A stretch of DNA of 64,000 nt. It comes from Candidatus Latescibacterota bacterium. GTDB lineage: Bacteria > Latescibacterota > UBA2968 > UBA8231. Position numbers and translations under genes: made by a program. Below, one piece after another: positions 63,105 through 64,000 of the stretch (the first letter of the stretch is position 1; each line of letters starts with the position of its first letter). The DNA is taken from the NCBI GenBank assembly GCA_965223905.1, contig CBDCXV010000009.1, positions 224,001 to 288,000 of the forward strand, read 5' to 3'. The notes below the pieces were generated by a model. That model worked only from the letters and a program-made list of their open reading frames with translations. It was not told where the DNA came from and did no database searches.

Positions 63105-63147
63105 CTAGTCCAAGGCGATTTTTTTTGAGATCCGGCCAGGGCGGCGG

Positions 63148-64000
63148 TTAGCGGACGAAAACGAGTCGCCGTGAGAGCTGCTGGTTCCCCGTCTTAAGCC
63201 GGTAGAGATAGACCCCGCTGGCGACCGCCCGCCCGCGGTCGTCGGCCCCGTCCCATGTGATTTCGTGCGATCCGGCTTCCTGGTATTCCGACACAAGGCG
63301 CCGCACCGGCCTGCCCAGCAGATCATAGAGGGTGAGCTTAACGGTGCCGGGATGTGGCAAGCGGTAGGCAATCACCGTGCGCCCGTTGAACGGGTTGGGG
63401 TAGTTCTGCTGCAGTGATACGCCTGCGGGGCGAACCTCTCCGGCTATCTCGGCAACCACGGTGGGAGGTTCCTGCAGGAGGGCGGCGACGTCGAGCTTGC
63501 CGTACCCCCAGTCGAGGTTGGGGGTCTGTCCGGTGAACTCGTCGGAAGCGGCGGTCCCGGTGAGGGCGCGCCAGACCTCGCGGTTGGTGGCCTGCGGAAA
63601 GCGCTCGAAGTAGAGGGCGACGGCGCCGGCAACCACCGGCGCGGAAGCGCTGGTTCCCGCTGCGGTCCGGTAGTTCGTAGAATCGCCGCTCCAGGCCGAG
63701 GTCAGCACCCCGGGAGCCACAAGGTCGGGCTTGAGCAGCCCATCCAGGGTAGGCCCGCGCGACGAAAACGGCAGCAGATCGCCGACCGCCAGATCCTCGT
63801 AGGTATCCGGGCGAAAATCCAGGTCGCGGTTGGCGAAGGCGCCGACCGAGATGACTTCCGAAGAGGTGCCGGGGGGTACAATCCCATAGCGGTTGTCGAA
63901 AGGCCTGAACTGCGGATCCTCGGGCGCTTGGCGAACACCTTGCGGCTGAGGGGTATGTGCCCAGACATGAAGCACGCCCCTTCCTCTTGCCGCCACGATC
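63148..64000 (-). CDS. Partial S8 (subtilisin-like) serine protease with a FlgD-Ig/secretion-type C-terminal domain
   Basis: FSSRGPT...KPDLVAPG, GTSASAPVVAG, WGYGKLD, QNYPNPFN...WDG...ASGVYLYRL; 5' end lies outside the window. Confidence 0.88.
   Translation of the reverse strand, partial: IVAARGRGVLHVWAHTPQPQGVRQAPEDPQFRPFDNRYGIVPPGTSSEVISVGAFANRDLDFRPDTYEDLAVGDLLPFSSRGPTLDGLLKPDLVAPGVLTSAWSGDSTNYRTAAGTSASAPVVAGAVALYFERFPQATNREVWRALTGTAASDEFTGQTPNLDWGYGKLDVAALLQEPPTVVAEIAGEVRPAGVSLQQNYPNPFNGRTVIAYRLPHPGTVKLTLYDLLGRPVRRLVSEYQEAGSHEITWDGADDRGRAVASGVYLYRLKTGNQQLSRRLVFVR

Overview
GC-rich bacterial chromosomal window. The gene content suggests a Latescibacterota/Poribacteria-like organism, but this is inference: many sugar-acid and oxidoreductase enzymes, two DUF6785-type membrane proteins, a Kelch protein, a sialidase, and a protease with a 'NYPNPFN' FlgD-Ig-type C-terminal domain. 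The backbone carries catabolic enzymes (HpcH aldolases, SDR/Gfo/MDR/AKR oxidoreductases, enolase-superfamily enzymes, amidohydrolases, PhyH, GH172-like) plus polB, nfuA, moeA and acs. Three accessory blocks stand out. (1) An ABC-type ATPase + DUF4276/TOPRIM-like pair at 3.2-5.0 kb. (2) A type I R-M island at 29.9-43.5 kb carrying a Kiwa-like pair, two AlbA_2/Schlafen proteins, an M48 protein and three toxin-antitoxin units; its cargo is repeatedly bracketed by degenerate copies of the hsdM 3' end and of hsdS conserved regions, giving a cassette-like grammar with no recombinase in view. (3) A tandem array of four ~840-aa YfhO/GT-C-like membrane glycosyltransferase paralogs at 44.8-55.3 kb with segment-wise mosaic relationships. 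Several genes have +/-1 frameshifts, mostly in homopolymers, probably sequencing error. No rRNA, tRNA, CRISPR array, integrase or transposase was recognised. All alignments and identities were counted by eye; no database searches were run.
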